A stretch of DNA of 64,000 bases from an uncultured Chthonomonadaceae bacterium (GTDB lineage: Bacteria > Armatimonadota > Chthonomonadetes > Chthonomonadales > Chthonomonadaceae), in contig CAWFQB010000014.1 in NCBI GenBank assembly GCA_963817895.1, positions 224,001 through 288,000 of the forward strand. The letters are read 5' to 3'. A model generated the notes under the pieces. The model was not told the DNA's origin and searched no databases. It saw nothing but the letters and a program-made list of their open reading frames with translations. The number at the start of each line of letters is the position of its first letter. Position 1 is the first letter of the stretch. The position numbers and the translations under genes were made by a program. This document shows, one piece after another, positions 29,682 to 40,298 of the stretch.

Positions 29682-32600
29682 TCAGCGTTCCGGGTCGTAG
29701 TTCAGGTTGGGCGCGAGCCAGCGTTCTACCGTTGTGATTTCCATCCCCTTACGTTTCGCGTAATCCTCGACCTGATCTTTTTCAATTTTGCCGACCGGAA
29801 AATAGCGCGACGCGGGATGCTGAATGTAAAAGCCGGATACGCTGCTGGCCGGGTGCATGGCGAAACTCTCCGTCAGGCAGATTCCCGTCTTGTCTTCCAC
29901 CGTCATCAGGTCGAACAGCGTCCGTTTTTCCGTATGGTCCGGGCAGGCCGGATAACCGGGCGCGGGCCGAACGCCCCGATACCGCTCTTTAACCAAATCT
30001 TCCGCGCTCAGATTTTCGTTCCGCCCATATCCCCACTCATCCCGAATGATCTTATGCAGTCGCTCCGCAAACGCCTCCGCCAGTCTGTCCGCCAGCGCAT
30101 CCGCCATAATCGCGTTATAATCGTCATGCTCCGCCCTGAACTTCGCCTTCATCTCGTCCACGCCAATCCCCGCCGTCACCGCAAACCCGCCGAAATGATC
30201 CGCCAGACCCGTTGCTTTCGGCGCAACATAATCCGCTAGACACAGGTTGATGGTTGAGGGTTCTCCCTTCTCCTGCTTCTCCTCTTCTTCTCTTCTCCTT
30301 TTCTTCCCCGTTCCCCTCTTTGTCCATTTGCTGACGCAGGAAGTGGAAGCGGGTCAGAACTTCGGAACGGCTCTCATCCGTGTACAATTCCACATCATCG
30401 CCCACGCTGTTGGCGGGGAACAGGCCATACACGGCGCGGGCGGTCAGCAGTTTGTTTGCCACGATATGCTTCAGCAACGTCTGCGCCTCCTCGTACACTT
30501 TCTGCGCCGCTTCGCCCACAACCGCATCGTCCAAAATAGCCGGGAAGCGTCCATGCAGTTCCCACGTATGGAAGAACGGCGTCCAGTCAATGTACGGAAC
30601 CAATTCTTCCAGCGGGTAGTTGTTCAGGACGCGAACGCCCGTAAATTCCGGCTGCGAAACGTCTTCCGCCTTCCAATCTATCACGGTACGGCGTTTTCGC
30701 GCTTCGGTCAGCGGCAGCATCTTCTTTTCCACGCGCCGCGCCGCGTACTGTTCGCGCAATGCATCCTGTTCCAACCGGTTCCGCTCCGCATAGTCCGACT
30801 TCTGCTCCTCGCTCAACAAGGCGCTGACAACGCCCACCGCCCGCGACGCATCCAGCACATGCACGACTTCCTTATTGTAAGCAGGCGCGATTTTGATGGC
30901 GGTATGCGCCCGGCTCGTGGTCGCGCCGCCAATCAGCAGCGGAACCTCAAAGCCCCGCCGCTTCATTTCGCTCGCGACATGCATCATCTCATCCAGCGAG
31001 GGCGTAATCAGGCCGCTCAATCCGATAATGTCTACATTTTGATCTATAGCCGTTTGCAGTATCTTCTCCGTGGAAACCATCACGCCCAGATCAATCACCT
31101 CGTAGTTGTTGCAGCCCAGCACGACGCCCACGATGTTCTTGCCGATGTCATGCACATCGCCCTTGACGGTCGCCATCAGCACCTTGCCCTGCGCTTTCAC
31201 TTCCCCGCCCGACGCCCGCAACGCGTCCTTTTCCGCTTCCATATAGGGCAGCAGCACGGCAACGGCCTTCTTCATCACCCGCGCCGATTTCACCACTTGC
31301 GGCAGAAACATCTTGCCCGCGCCGAACAGATCGCCCACGATGTTCATGCCGTCCATCAGCGGCCCCTCGATTACGCTCAGCGGCCTGTCGTACTTCTGCC
31401 GCGCTTCTTCCACATCCGCCTCGATATAATCGGTTACGCCCTTCACAAGCGCATGGGACAGCCGCTCCTCGACCGTTCCCAACCGCCATTCCTCTTGTTC
31501 GGCCTTATCTTTCTTCTTCTCGCCCTTCACCGTTTCCGCAAACGCAAGCAGGCGTTCGGTAGAATCGGCGCGGCGATTGAGCAGCACATCCTCAACCAGT
31601 TCCAGCAGGTCTTTCGGTATCGTGTCATATACCGCGAGCTGCCCCGCGTTCACAATGCCCATGTCCATTCCGGCGTTGATGGCGTGGTACAAAAAGGCGG
31701 AGTGCATCGCCTCGCGCACGACATTGTTGCCCCGGAACGAAAACGAAATATTGCTCACGCCGCCCGATACCTTCGCGCCCGGTAAATTCTGCTTGATCCA
31801 GCGCGTCGCTTCGATAAAATCAACGGCGTAGTTGTTATGCTCTTCCAGCCCCGTCGCAACCGTCAGAATGTTGGGGTCAAAGATAATGTCTTCGGCGGGA
31901 AAGCCAATCTCTTCCGTCAAGATTTTGTACAGCCGTTCGCAAACCTCAATCTTGCGGGCGTAGCTGTCCGCCTGCCCCTTCTCATCAAACGCCATCACAA
32001 CCGCCGCCGCGCCGTACTGCCGCACCAGACGCGCCTGCTGCTTGAACGTTTCCACATTGTCTTTCAAGCGCAAGCGAATTGACAATCCCCTTGCCCTGTA
32101 TGCACTTCAAGCCCGCTTCGATCACCGAAAACTTGGAACTGTCAATCATAATCGGGACGCGCGAAATGGCGTCGTCCGGCCCAACCAGATTGAGGAACGT
32201 GGTCATGGCCTGTTCGCCGTCCAGCAGCCCCTCATCCATATTCACGTCAATAATCTGCGCGCCGTTTTCCACCTGCTGCCGCGCAACCGTCAGCGCCTCC
32301 TCGTAATCCCCGGCAAGAATCAGTTTGGCGAACTTGGGCGAGCCGGTAACGTTCGTCCGCTCCCCGATATTGACGAAATTGGTTTCCGGGCGCAGCGTCA
32401 GCGCTTCCAATCCGCTCAATCGCGTAAATTTCTCAATCTTCGGCGGAACGCGCGGCGCGTAATCTTTCACAATTGCCGCCACACCACGTATATAATCCGG
32501 CGTCGTGCCGCAGCAGCCGCCCACGATGTTCAGCCAGCCGTTCGCCGCCCAATCCCGAATGTAAGGGAACATCTGCTCCGGTCGTCAAACTGAAGCCTGA

Positions 32601-33443
32601 TTCGGCAAGCGCGTCTGGCAGTCCCGCATTGGGATACGCGCTCAAATAAAACGGCGAAATGCGCGCCAATTCTTCCAGACTTGCCCGCATCAAATCCGGC
32701 CCAACCGCGCAGTTCAAGCCAACAGCCAGGAGAGGCGCATGGGAAATGGAGTTCAGCGCGGCTTCCAGCGTCTGTCCCGACAAAGTGCGTCCGCCCCCCT
32801 GCGGAAACAGCGAAATGCTTGCCATTACCGGAACCTGCCGCGCGCCCTCCGCAAACAACTTCTGAATCGCGAACAGCGCGGCTTTCAGGTTCAGCGTATC
32901 GAACGTGGTTTCCGGCAGCAATAAATCTACGCCGCCCTCGATCAACGCTTTTGCCTGGTCGTAATACGTAAGCATCACCTGATCGAACGTGACCGCGCGA
33001 AAACCGGGGTCATTCGTGTCCGGCGAGATGGATAAGGTTCTGTTGAGCGGCCCGATACTTCCCGCGACAAAACGCTGCCGCGACGGGTCGCGCCGCATCG
33101 CGGCTTCCACGCACTGTCGGGCAATCTGCGCGGCGGCAACATTCATTTCTGCCACGTACCCGCTCAACTCGTGGTCAGCCTGAGAAATTGCTGTTGCCGT
33201 GAACGTGTTTGTTTCAATGATGTCCGCGCCCGCGTCGAGATAATCGTTGTGAATACCCGCGATAACATCCGGGTTAGACAGATTCAGCACATCCGGGTTG
33301 TTTTTCAGGTCAATGGGATGGTCGGCAAACCGCTTGCCCCGGAAATCCGCCTCTTCCAAATTTTTCCGAAACAGCAATGCGCCCATCGAGCCATCCAAAA
33401 CCAGGATGCGCTTCTCCAACAACTCTCGTATATCAGTCGCCAT
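29682..33443 (-). CDS. metH: Cobalamin-dependent methionine synthase (frameshifts near 32585, 32075 and 30260-30320)
   Basis: [40 protein letters not shown] (B12-binding) and [12 protein letters not shown] across four ORFs. Confidence 0.96.
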
Positions 33444-33491
33444 GCGTATCTCTTCCTTTTCCTATCTCAGTTCAGAATCTATGTCAACAGG

Positions 33492-33540
33492 TTCCCCTTC
33501 TCCCAGGCTTTTTTGGGAGAAGGGGTTAGGGGTTGAGGGC
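33492..33540. repeat. REP-like element, same family as 28229
   Basis: CCCCTTCTCCCAGGCTTTTTTGGGAGAAGGGGTTAGGGGTTGAGGGC. Confidence 0.85.
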
Positions 33541-33544
33541 TATT

Positions 33545-34369
33545 CTAAACACCTAACTCCGCCCACAACAACTCATCCAGTAAAGCAACCGGCATTTCCA
33601 TGTCCGGCAACTCCGTTACCTGTTCGCCAACGCGAATTAGTTCGCCATCAATAAAGGCATCCAGTAACAGGTCATGCGCTTCCGTACCCAATTCTACAGC
33701 CTGCTTCTTGCGCTCCATCAACTCGTTCAGCCGCGTCCGCACATCGGAAGGCAATTCAATACTTACCAAAATATCGTGTATCAGTGTCGGCGGCGGCGTC
33801 CCATGCTGTTCCATCCAGCGGATGCAGCACAGCGGGCGCAGCACGTACAGATACTTCTTAAGCGACACTTCCGCCTTGTTCTCAATCGAAAGCCGGTAGT
33901 TCGATTTCGCCATGCTGATGTAATGGTATGTCATGCGGCGCGGCGAAAAATGCTCCTGCGCCAGCGTTCGCAACTTCGCGGCAAAATCGCCGTTTTCCCG
34001 GTACACAATGGGCGAATGAAGCCATTCCAGCAGGGAAGGGTTGGACTTGCGAAACTGAACCAGCGCCTTGACAATATCCCACCCGTTGACATCCAGATCG
34101 CCCACTATCGGCAACTCGATCACGTCCCGCCGCTCTTGCAGCCGAACATAATCGCGCGCACCGCGCTTGTACACAAATCGCGCGTCATAGTCGCTGTCCG
34201 GCGACGCGAACCCCCACGCCCGACTGCCCGACTCCACTGCAAACAACAACCGCGCACCATGCTCACGTTCAATACCATCCAGCGCGTCCTGTATTTGTCC
34301 CTGTATATCGTCTGCATCAGGCGTGTTCACACGTATATTGTTGCCATCAAAGGTTGTTTCTGCATCCAC
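33545..34369 (-). CDS. Predicted nucleotidyltransferase (YcgL/Nuc-transf family, pol-beta fold)
   Basis: AVESGSRAWGFASPDSDYDARF, KSNPSLLEWLHSPIVY and KKYLYVLRP. Confidence 0.9.
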   Translation of the reverse strand: MDAETTFDGNNIRVNTPDADDIQGQIQDALDGIEREHGARLLFAVESGSRAWGFASPDSDYDARFVYKRGARDYVRLQERRDVIELPIVGDLDVNGWDIVKALVQFRKSNPSLLEWLHSPIVYRENGDFAAKLRTLAQEHFSPRRMTYHYISMAKSNYRLSIENKAEVSLKKYLYVLRPLCCIRWMEQHGTPPPTLIHDILVSIELPSDVRTRLNELMERKKQAVELGTEAHDLLLDAFIDGELIRVGEQVTELPDMEMPVALLDELLWAELGV

Positions 34370-34499
34370 TTCGGCTGTCTACCCCTCTTTCATTATACCT
34401 TAATGCGCTTTCACGCTCTGTAATCAGGCAGGACAGATGTAATGCCGGGAAAGTTGCAGTTTGTACAAGTACACTATCGGTATGTAAACATTTGATAAT

Positions 34500-34523
34500 G
34501 TAGGGGCTTGATTCATCAAGCCC
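34500..34523 (+). repeat. GTAG-type REP
   Basis: GTAG-GGGCTTGAT-TC-ATCAAGCCC. Confidence 0.65.
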
Positions 34524-34580
34524 GTCCACCGCATGATTTGTCAAGCCGGCTTATCGCAGTATCAAACTCTTTCCACTCTA

Positions 34581-35735
34581 TTATTGACGCTTTGCAGCCT
34601 CACGAACATAGAAATACATCAACGAACCACCCGCAGGCGCATTCGCAAACGCCGGACTGACCACGCGCCGACTGCCGCCCCCGGAAATCATCGGCGCAAT
34701 CAGCATATAATTGCCGTCCGCCTGCAAGTACGTCAATTGCGCAATATCGCCGCCGTCGCTGTTGATCGCTCCCCATACTCCCTTTGCTATCCAGAAACGC
34801 TGCAAGTCCGCAAGTGACCATCCGCCCACCATCCGCAACCCATGCCGAAACTGAATCGCGCTGCTCACTTCCGTATCGGGGTCCTGTACAAACAGCAAAT
34901 ACAAATGCCGGTTATCCCGGCTCCAACCCAGCGAAACGCGCGAAGTTTTGATATGATCTACCACAGGAATATGCCCCGCTTCCTGCGGCGTAGACGGCAC
35001 TGGCCCTTTCAAGAGTGGCTGTCCCACTGCCGGAAAAGGCTGTATCGAGAGAGGTTTCCCTTCCCGTATCAGACATTGCGCCCCGCCCGAAGCCCAATCA
35101 AATTCCTGCGCGAGTAGGTTCTTGTTCGCTTTATGCAGCGTCTTAAAAACAGGTTTGTCCCCTGCCATCTTGACGCCGAATGTCCATCTGTGCGTGCCTG
35201 ACATATAATGCGGCGTTCCGTTCAGTACAACGGGCGCGACGTGTTCGGCAGTCGCGCCTGCTCCATACCAATTCGGCCCAAAGAACAGCCCGTTCCATGC
35301 CGCCAATACACGCCCCGTCTTACGTTGCTGAAAAGTCTGGTTCAGCTGATGCGTAATCTGCCCGACGCCCCTCTCCCAGAACCGCGCATTATTATCGAAC
35401 GGATGCTCATCGTCCTGATCCTGATCGAATATCTCCAGCCGCAGACGAGGATTACGGTCAAAATCAAACTCAAGCAAATCCAACCCCGTGCCATCCGGCG
35501 AAGACGTATCATACCAGCGCGTTATTCCACCCGCAAGCGTCTCTTGATGAGCGCGCGGCCAAAGCCACGTCGTCAACGCGCTCGGTATATCCTGACGAAC
35601 AACCGCAGTCGTGTTCGTATCCACCGGAAACGGCGTTTCAGATTTCCGTGTTCTCACAACAAAATACCCGCCCGCCGCAATCAGCAAGAACGCAGCCCCT
35701 GCTATCCAAAATTGCCGACTATTTCGCTGATTCAT
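34581..35735 (-). CDS. Membrane-anchored phosphodiester glycosidase (NAGPA-like) family protein
   Basis: N-terminal TM; AAWNGLFF, SRVSLG and AINSDGGD resemble the NGGFF, RTAIG and NLDGGGS motifs. Confidence 0.6.
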   Translation of the reverse strand: MNQRNSRQFWIAGAAFLLIAAGGYFVVRTRKSETPFPVDTNTTAVVRQDIPSALTTWLWPRAHQETLAGGITRWYDTSSPDGTGLDLLEFDFDRNPRLRLEIFDQDQDDEHPFDNNARFWERGVGQITHQLNQTFQQRKTGRVLAAWNGLFFGPNWYGAGATAEHVAPVVLNGTPHYMSGTHRWTFGVKMAGDKPVFKTLHKANKNLLAQEFDWASGGAQCLIREGKPLSIQPFPAVGQPLLKGPVPSTPQEAGHIPVVDHIKTSRVSLGWSRDNRHLYLLFVQDPDTEVSSAIQFRHGLRMVGGWSLADLQRFWIAKGVWGAINSDGGDIAQLTYLQADGNYMLIAPMISGGGSRRVVSPAFANAPAGGSLMYFYVREAAKRQ

Positions 35736-35765
35736 GTCACACGCTCATTATTCAAAGAAGCGTTC

Positions 35766-35790
35766 GTAGGGACACAACTTGTTGTGTCCT
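35766..35790 (+). repeat. GTAG-type REP
   Basis: GTAG-GGACACAAC-TT-GTTGTGTCC. Confidence 0.65.
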
Positions 35791-35814
35791 CCTCCGTCAC
35801 GGTGCTACTCCTGT

Positions 35815-36576
35815 CTACATTCCCACCTGCGTAATCCGCCCGCCCGTCACCGGCAGGTATGTTCCCGTGACATAACTTGCCAGATCGCTCAGGAAGAATA
35901 CGCAGGCGTTGCCGATCTCATCCGCGCTTCCATGCCGTCGTAAGGGAATGGTTTTGGCAAAGTTTTTCGACGCTTCGCTTGCTGTATCCACTTTTTCATC
36001 CGCCATCCAGCCGGGCGCGACCATGTTCACCGTGATGTTATCCGGCCCCAACTCACACGCCAGCGACCGCGACATACCGACCATCGCGCCCTTACCCGCC
36101 ATGTACACCGACCACTCCTGCGGGGCCATGTTCCACAACTCCGTCACGATGTTGACAATCCGCCCGCCGCCCTGCTCCTTGAATACAGGGTGAACCGCCT
36201 GCGTCATATTCACAATCGCTTTGCAGCCGAAGTCGAACGCCGTAGTATAATCGTCCAGCGTCGCCTCCGCAAAGGCTCCATTCTGCCGCCCCGCAATCGC
36301 ATTGTTAATCACGCCATCCAGCCGCCCGAACCGCTCCTTCACATCCGCCACCATGCGCGCCACCGCTTCCGCATCTCGCACATCCGCCCCGAACGCCTGC
36401 GCGGTTCCGCCTGCCGTCTCTATCTCCCCGACAACCGCCTCGGCCTTATCCCGGCTGCTCCCATAATTCACCGCCACCATCGCGCCCTCACGCGCCAGCA
36501 CCCGCGCAATCGCCGCTCCAATCCCTCGTCCACCCCCCGTCACCAAAGCCACTCTGCCTTCCAACAACATAATCAT
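35815..36576 (-). CDS. SDR family oxidoreductase (FabG-like)
   Basis: TGGGRGIG, INNA, YMAGK catalytic motif, NMVAPG. Confidence 0.92.
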   Translation of the reverse strand: MIMLLEGRVALVTGGGRGIGAAIARVLAREGAMVAVNYGSSRDKAEAVVGEIETAGGTAQAFGADVRDAEAVARMVADVKERFGRLDGVINNAIAGRQNGAFAEATLDDYTTAFDFGCKAIVNMTQAVHPVFKEQGGGRIVNIVTELWNMAPQEWSVYMAGKGAMVGMSRSLACELGPDNITVNMVAPGWMADEKVDTASEASKNFAKTIPLRRHGSADEIGNACVFFLSDLASYVTGTYLPVTGGRITQVGM

Positions 36577-36709
36577 TCCCTCCTTTCAACTACATACGAA
36601 CAAACCCTCCACAAATCTTGCGAAGGGTTCAAATACAAAATTTCAGATTGTGGTTCCTGTCCCGCTTATGTCCTCCTGCGGGCGTGGGAGGCTGTTAAAC
36701 AGGTATTCG

Positions 36710-36780
36710 CGTCCGAAGGACGTTTGGCGGAACGCCATACAGACGGGTATTTTCAATACCCGGAAAACCGTGAGGTTCCT
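36710..36780. repeat. Three-hairpin repeat element, copy 1
   Basis: CGTCC-GAA-GGACG, TGGCG-GAA-CGCCA, CGGGTATT..AATACCCG; second copy at 51211. Confidence 0.75.
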
Positions 36781-37348
36781 ACTTCTTCATCGGCGCCGGA
36801 CCTTTTGCCCCCACCGGCGGACCCATCTTCTTGAATAGTTCGTTTAAGTCCATCTTTTTTCCATCTGCCGTCATCGTGCCTTTAAGCATCGTGGAACTTT
36901 TCCGCAGCCAGATATCGCCCGTCTTCACCCACGTATCCCGGTTCTGGTTCGTAACCCCCATCGTATGCGCTTTGCCCTGAGACTGCATATCCGCAGTAAC
37001 GCCTTCAATGCTCTCCTGCGCGTCTACCGTTGCCTCGTTACCTTTCACCGTGACTTTGTTGATCTTCTCCTTTGCGCTCGTCACGGACTTGATAAAAGAC
37101 AGAGAAGTTTGAAACTGTTGCTCCGCCTGCTGGCGCGTAATGCTTTTGCCGCCCGGAACCATCATCACAAAATCCGGCGCAGTCACCTCATGCAGCGGCT
37201 TGAGCGACTTTGTTTTGTACGCCTGCGAAATTTTGGCATACTGCGCATCCAGCGCTTTTCGTGTGGCGGCATCATCGGCATGAGCAGACGCAGGCCCGCC
37301 CGCCATCAACACACCCAACGCGCCAACACAACCATATTTGAAACGCAT
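36779..37348 (-). CDS. Secreted NTF2-like (DUF4440-type) protein
   Basis: Signal peptide ending AHA; APDFV...GKSITR and RDTWVK...W patterns. Confidence 0.75.
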   Translation of the reverse strand: MRFKYGCVGALGVLMAGGPASAHADDAATRKALDAQYAKISQAYKTKSLKPLHEVTAPDFVMMVPGGKSITRQQAEQQFQTSLSFIKSVTSAKEKINKVTVKGNEATVDAQESIEGVTADMQSQGKAHTMGVTNQNRDTWVKTGDIWLRKSSTMLKGTMTADGKKMDLNELFKKMGPPVGAKGPAPMKK

Positions 37349-37463
37349 ATCAACATTCTCCTTCCGACAGTAACCGCGTATCCTGACACTCTATCTAATA
37401 CGCAACCATACTTCCCCACATTTGCGTTTATTCGCGTTCATTCGCGGCTAATCATAAGAACAC

Positions 37464-39557
37464 TTACGTCCGCTTGAACTGCTTATCCAATTCCTGAAAC
37501 GGGATTGTCACCACAATTGGGCGTCCGTGTGGGCAAAGATACGGGTTTTCTGTTTCCGCCAACTGTTCCAGCAATCCCTGCATCTCCTCCATCTCCATCG
37601 GGTCGCCCGCCTTTACCGCCATTTTGCAGGCATTGGTGATCGTCACATGCTCCTGCTGCACCAACAGCCGCCGCGAAACCGTTTGATTGACCAGTTCATC
37701 TATCATATCGCGCAGTATCTTCTCGTAGGGCTTATGCGCCAGCATTGCGGGAACTGAGCGCACTACGAAACTGTCCTTGCCAAACGCGGCGATCTCCCAC
37801 CCCGCCCGCGTGAAGCTATCGCAATGTTCCGCCAGCAGCAGTGCCTCCCGCCGTCCAAGATTGATCGTAATCGGAACCGCCAGCCGCTGCACCGGTATCC
37901 CATTGGCGAACCGCTTCACTGTCAGCCGCTCGTACAACACGCGCTCATGCGCCACATGCTGATCTATCACGGCAATTCCATTCGGCGTCAGCGCGATAAT
38001 ATACGTGTTTCGCGCCTGCCCCAAAATCCGAAACTCGCGCAGTTGTTCCGCAAAGGGTTTAGGTTGCGGGGGCGATTGCAGCGGTTCTTCTCCCTCACTC
38101 GTTGAACACGGCGTTTGCAGGGTCGAAACTTCTAAATTCGTAGGGACGAGCGCAACCGTGTCTATATCCGCTCCGCCGTTATTACTCTGCTCCGGCGCGT
38201 AATGGACTGCCTGTTCCAAATCCGTATTTCCCGCTTCATTTTCAATGCTTTCAACAGATAGCGCGGCAGGCATGTCGCCCTGCGGAACTGCATTCTCCTG
38301 CCCATTCGCGGCAAAATCGCGGGCAGGCGGAACCGCATTACCAGTATACGATGGCAGCGGTGCAGAGGATGTTTCCAGTGGCGCGAACGCTCCTATCGCG
38401 GCGGCAAAGGCGTTCGCGGCATCATGGAACGGCGAGGCCGAAGTGACATTGGGAACCTGATTAGAGGAACTGCTGTTACCGGAAGCGCCAAATCCAAAAT
38501 TAGTCTGCTGCGAAGCGCCTGCCGCTATATTCACATTTGTAATTCGCGCCTGCGGAACGATCCCATACGCCAGCAACGCGCCCTTCACAGCCTGACTCGC
38601 CGCATGATGCACTTCTCCGTCCCGTGTAAACTTCACCTCGGTTTTCGTCGGATGCACATTGACATCCACCAGATCAGGATGAATTTCCACAAACAACGCG
38701 CCAATCGGATAGCGGCTGTCCGGCGTCAGGGCGCGGAACGCCTCCTCCATCGCATGACCGATTAAACGGCTCTTAATGGGTCGCCGGTTGACAAAAAACA
38801 ATTCATGCGAACGCCCCGGACGCGAAATATCCGGCGTCGCGATAAATCCCGACACATTCAAGCCTACGGACTCATGCTTGATTGGAATCAGTTTCCGCGC
38901 CACTTCACGCCCCCACACCGCTGCCAGCGCAGCCAAGGGTTCGCCCGTTCCCGGCGTCGCGAAAATCTCTGCTGTTCCATGCCGCAATCGAAACGCGATA
39001 CCCGGATACGCGACTGCAAGCTGCCCGACAATTTCAACCACCCGCGCCACTTCCGTGGGCGTACTTTTCAAAAACTTCATGCGGGCAGGCGTGTTAAAAA
39101 ACAACTCGCTGACTTCAATCGTCGTGCCATCCCGCGCCGCTATGTCCTCCACAGTCTGTATATCCCCGGCATGAACCACCAGGCGCGTCCCGCTCTCCTC
39201 ATCCACAGGTTTGGTCGTGATCGTCAGCCGCGAAACTGACGCGATAGACGGCATCGCCTCGCCCCGAAAGCCAAGCGTTTTAATGGCAAACAAGTCTTCT
39301 GCGTTGCGTATTTTGCTCGTGGCATGTCGCTGTAATGCCAGTATAGCGTCTGAGCGCGTCATGCCGAAGCCATTGTCCGCCACAATCAGGCTCTGCTTGC
39401 CGCCCTCTTCCAGCGCGATCACGATCTGAGTTGCCCCTGCGTCAATGGCATTTTCCACCAGTTCTTTCACAGCAGACGCGGGTCGCTCCACAACTTCTCC
39501 TGCCGCAATCTGATTGGCCGTATTCTCATCCAGCAAAACCACGCGATCTATAGCCAT
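37464..39557 (-). CDS. mutL: DNA mismatch repair endonuclease MutL
   Basis: NQIAAGEVVERPASAVKELVENAIDAG, GFRGEA, DVNVHPTKTEV, DQHVAHERVLYE, ACK and CPHGRP. Confidence 0.98.
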   Translation of the reverse strand: MAIDRVVLLDENTANQIAAGEVVERPASAVKELVENAIDAGATQIVIALEEGGKQSLIVADNGFGMTRSDAILALQRHATSKIRNAEDLFAIKTLGFRGEAMPSIASVSRLTITTKPVDEESGTRLVVHAGDIQTVEDIAARDGTTIEVSELFFNTPARMKFLKSTPTEVARVVEIVGQLAVAYPGIAFRLRHGTAEIFATPGTGEPLAALAAVWGREVARKLIPIKHESVGLNVSGFIATPDISRPGRSHELFFVNRRPIKSRLIGHAMEEAFRALTPDSRYPIGALFVEIHPDLVDVNVHPTKTEVKFTRDGEVHHAASQAVKGALLAYGIVPQARITNVNIAAGASQQTNFGFGASGNSSSSNQVPNVTSASPFHDAANAFAAAIGAFAPLETSSAPLPSYTGNAVPPARDFAANGQENAVPQGDMPAALSVESIENEAGNTDLEQAVHYAPEQSNNGGADIDTVALVPTNLEVSTLQTPCSTSEGEEPLQSPPQPKPFAEQLREFRILGQARNTYIIALTPNGIAVIDQHVAHERVLYERLTVKRFANGIPVQRLAVPITINLGRREALLLAEHCDSFTRAGWEIAAFGKDSFVVRSVPAMLAHKPYEKILRDMIDELVNQTVSRRLLVQQEHVTITNACKMAVKAGDPMEMEEMQGLLEQLAETENPYLCPHGRPIVVTIPFQELDKQFKRT

Positions 39558-39781
39558 GATCGAGAATCCACTCTCCTCACATTCATCAACGAAACGTAGA
39601 CAGAATATAACACAATCTTAGAACAACATAATACCACAGAGCAGCCCTATTATTCCCTGTATCATCCTGGTACCAACGCATTATCAACAGCCACAGTATC
39701 TTCATACATCACCAAAATTCCTTTTGGAACATATTCAACAACCCTCTGAGACAGTGAGAATCAGCAAAACGCCTGCGAATA

Positions 39782-39885
39782 ACGTCCGATAATGTAACAG
39801 CCCCAGTCAAGATACAATAATCAACAATTTTTTGGGAGGGCTTAAGCCCTCCCAAAAAATTGCAGGCCGCGACGCGGCCTGCAAT
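39782..39885. repeat. Double-palindrome element with XerC-type arm, copy 2
   Basis: ACGTCCGATAATGT, then a perfect 38-bp palindrome (39825-39862) overlapping a 13-bp-arm palindrome (39859-39885). Confidence 0.85.
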
Positions 39886-39919
39886 CAAGTACATTCAAGT
39901 ACATTCACGTTGAAAACTG

Positions 39920-40291
39920 CTAAAGCAACGCCTCACACATCACGGTATCCTCATCCGTATACGCCGGCGCACAGCAGCACAGAAATACCAGTGGCTCTTG
40001 CCCCGTATTCCGTATCTGATGACGCTGACCTGTAAGAATACAAATCGCATCCCCTACTCCCACGGTTGAACGCTCCGCTTCAATCGCCATCAGCCCCGTT
40101 CCACGCAGAATGTAGTAGAACTCTTCCGTTTTAGGGTGTGAATGTGCCTGCGTCTCTCGTCCGACATCTACTATCGCTTCCGCAAGACTCTGGCGTTGCG
40201 CATGAGAGTTACGAGGCGCCAGTATCTCACGGATTGTAGAAGTATCCTTCGTCGTAAAGGCCGCCACTCTTTCACGATTTACAACATCCAT
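39920..40291 (-). CDS. Cupin domain protein
   Basis: QSLAEA, HSHPKTEEFYYILRG.G and GQRHQIRNTG. Confidence 0.9.
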   Translation of the reverse strand: MDVVNRERVAAFTTKDTSTIREILAPRNSHAQRQSLAEAIVDVGRETQAHSHPKTEEFYYILRGTGLMAIEAERSTVGVGDAICILTGQRHQIRNTGQEPLVFLCCCAPAYTDEDTVMCEALL

Positions 40292-40298
40292 GCGCGGA

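Noticed and set aside
38060..38520. Long low-complexity region in MutL
   Set aside because: This is the normally variable interdomain linker.
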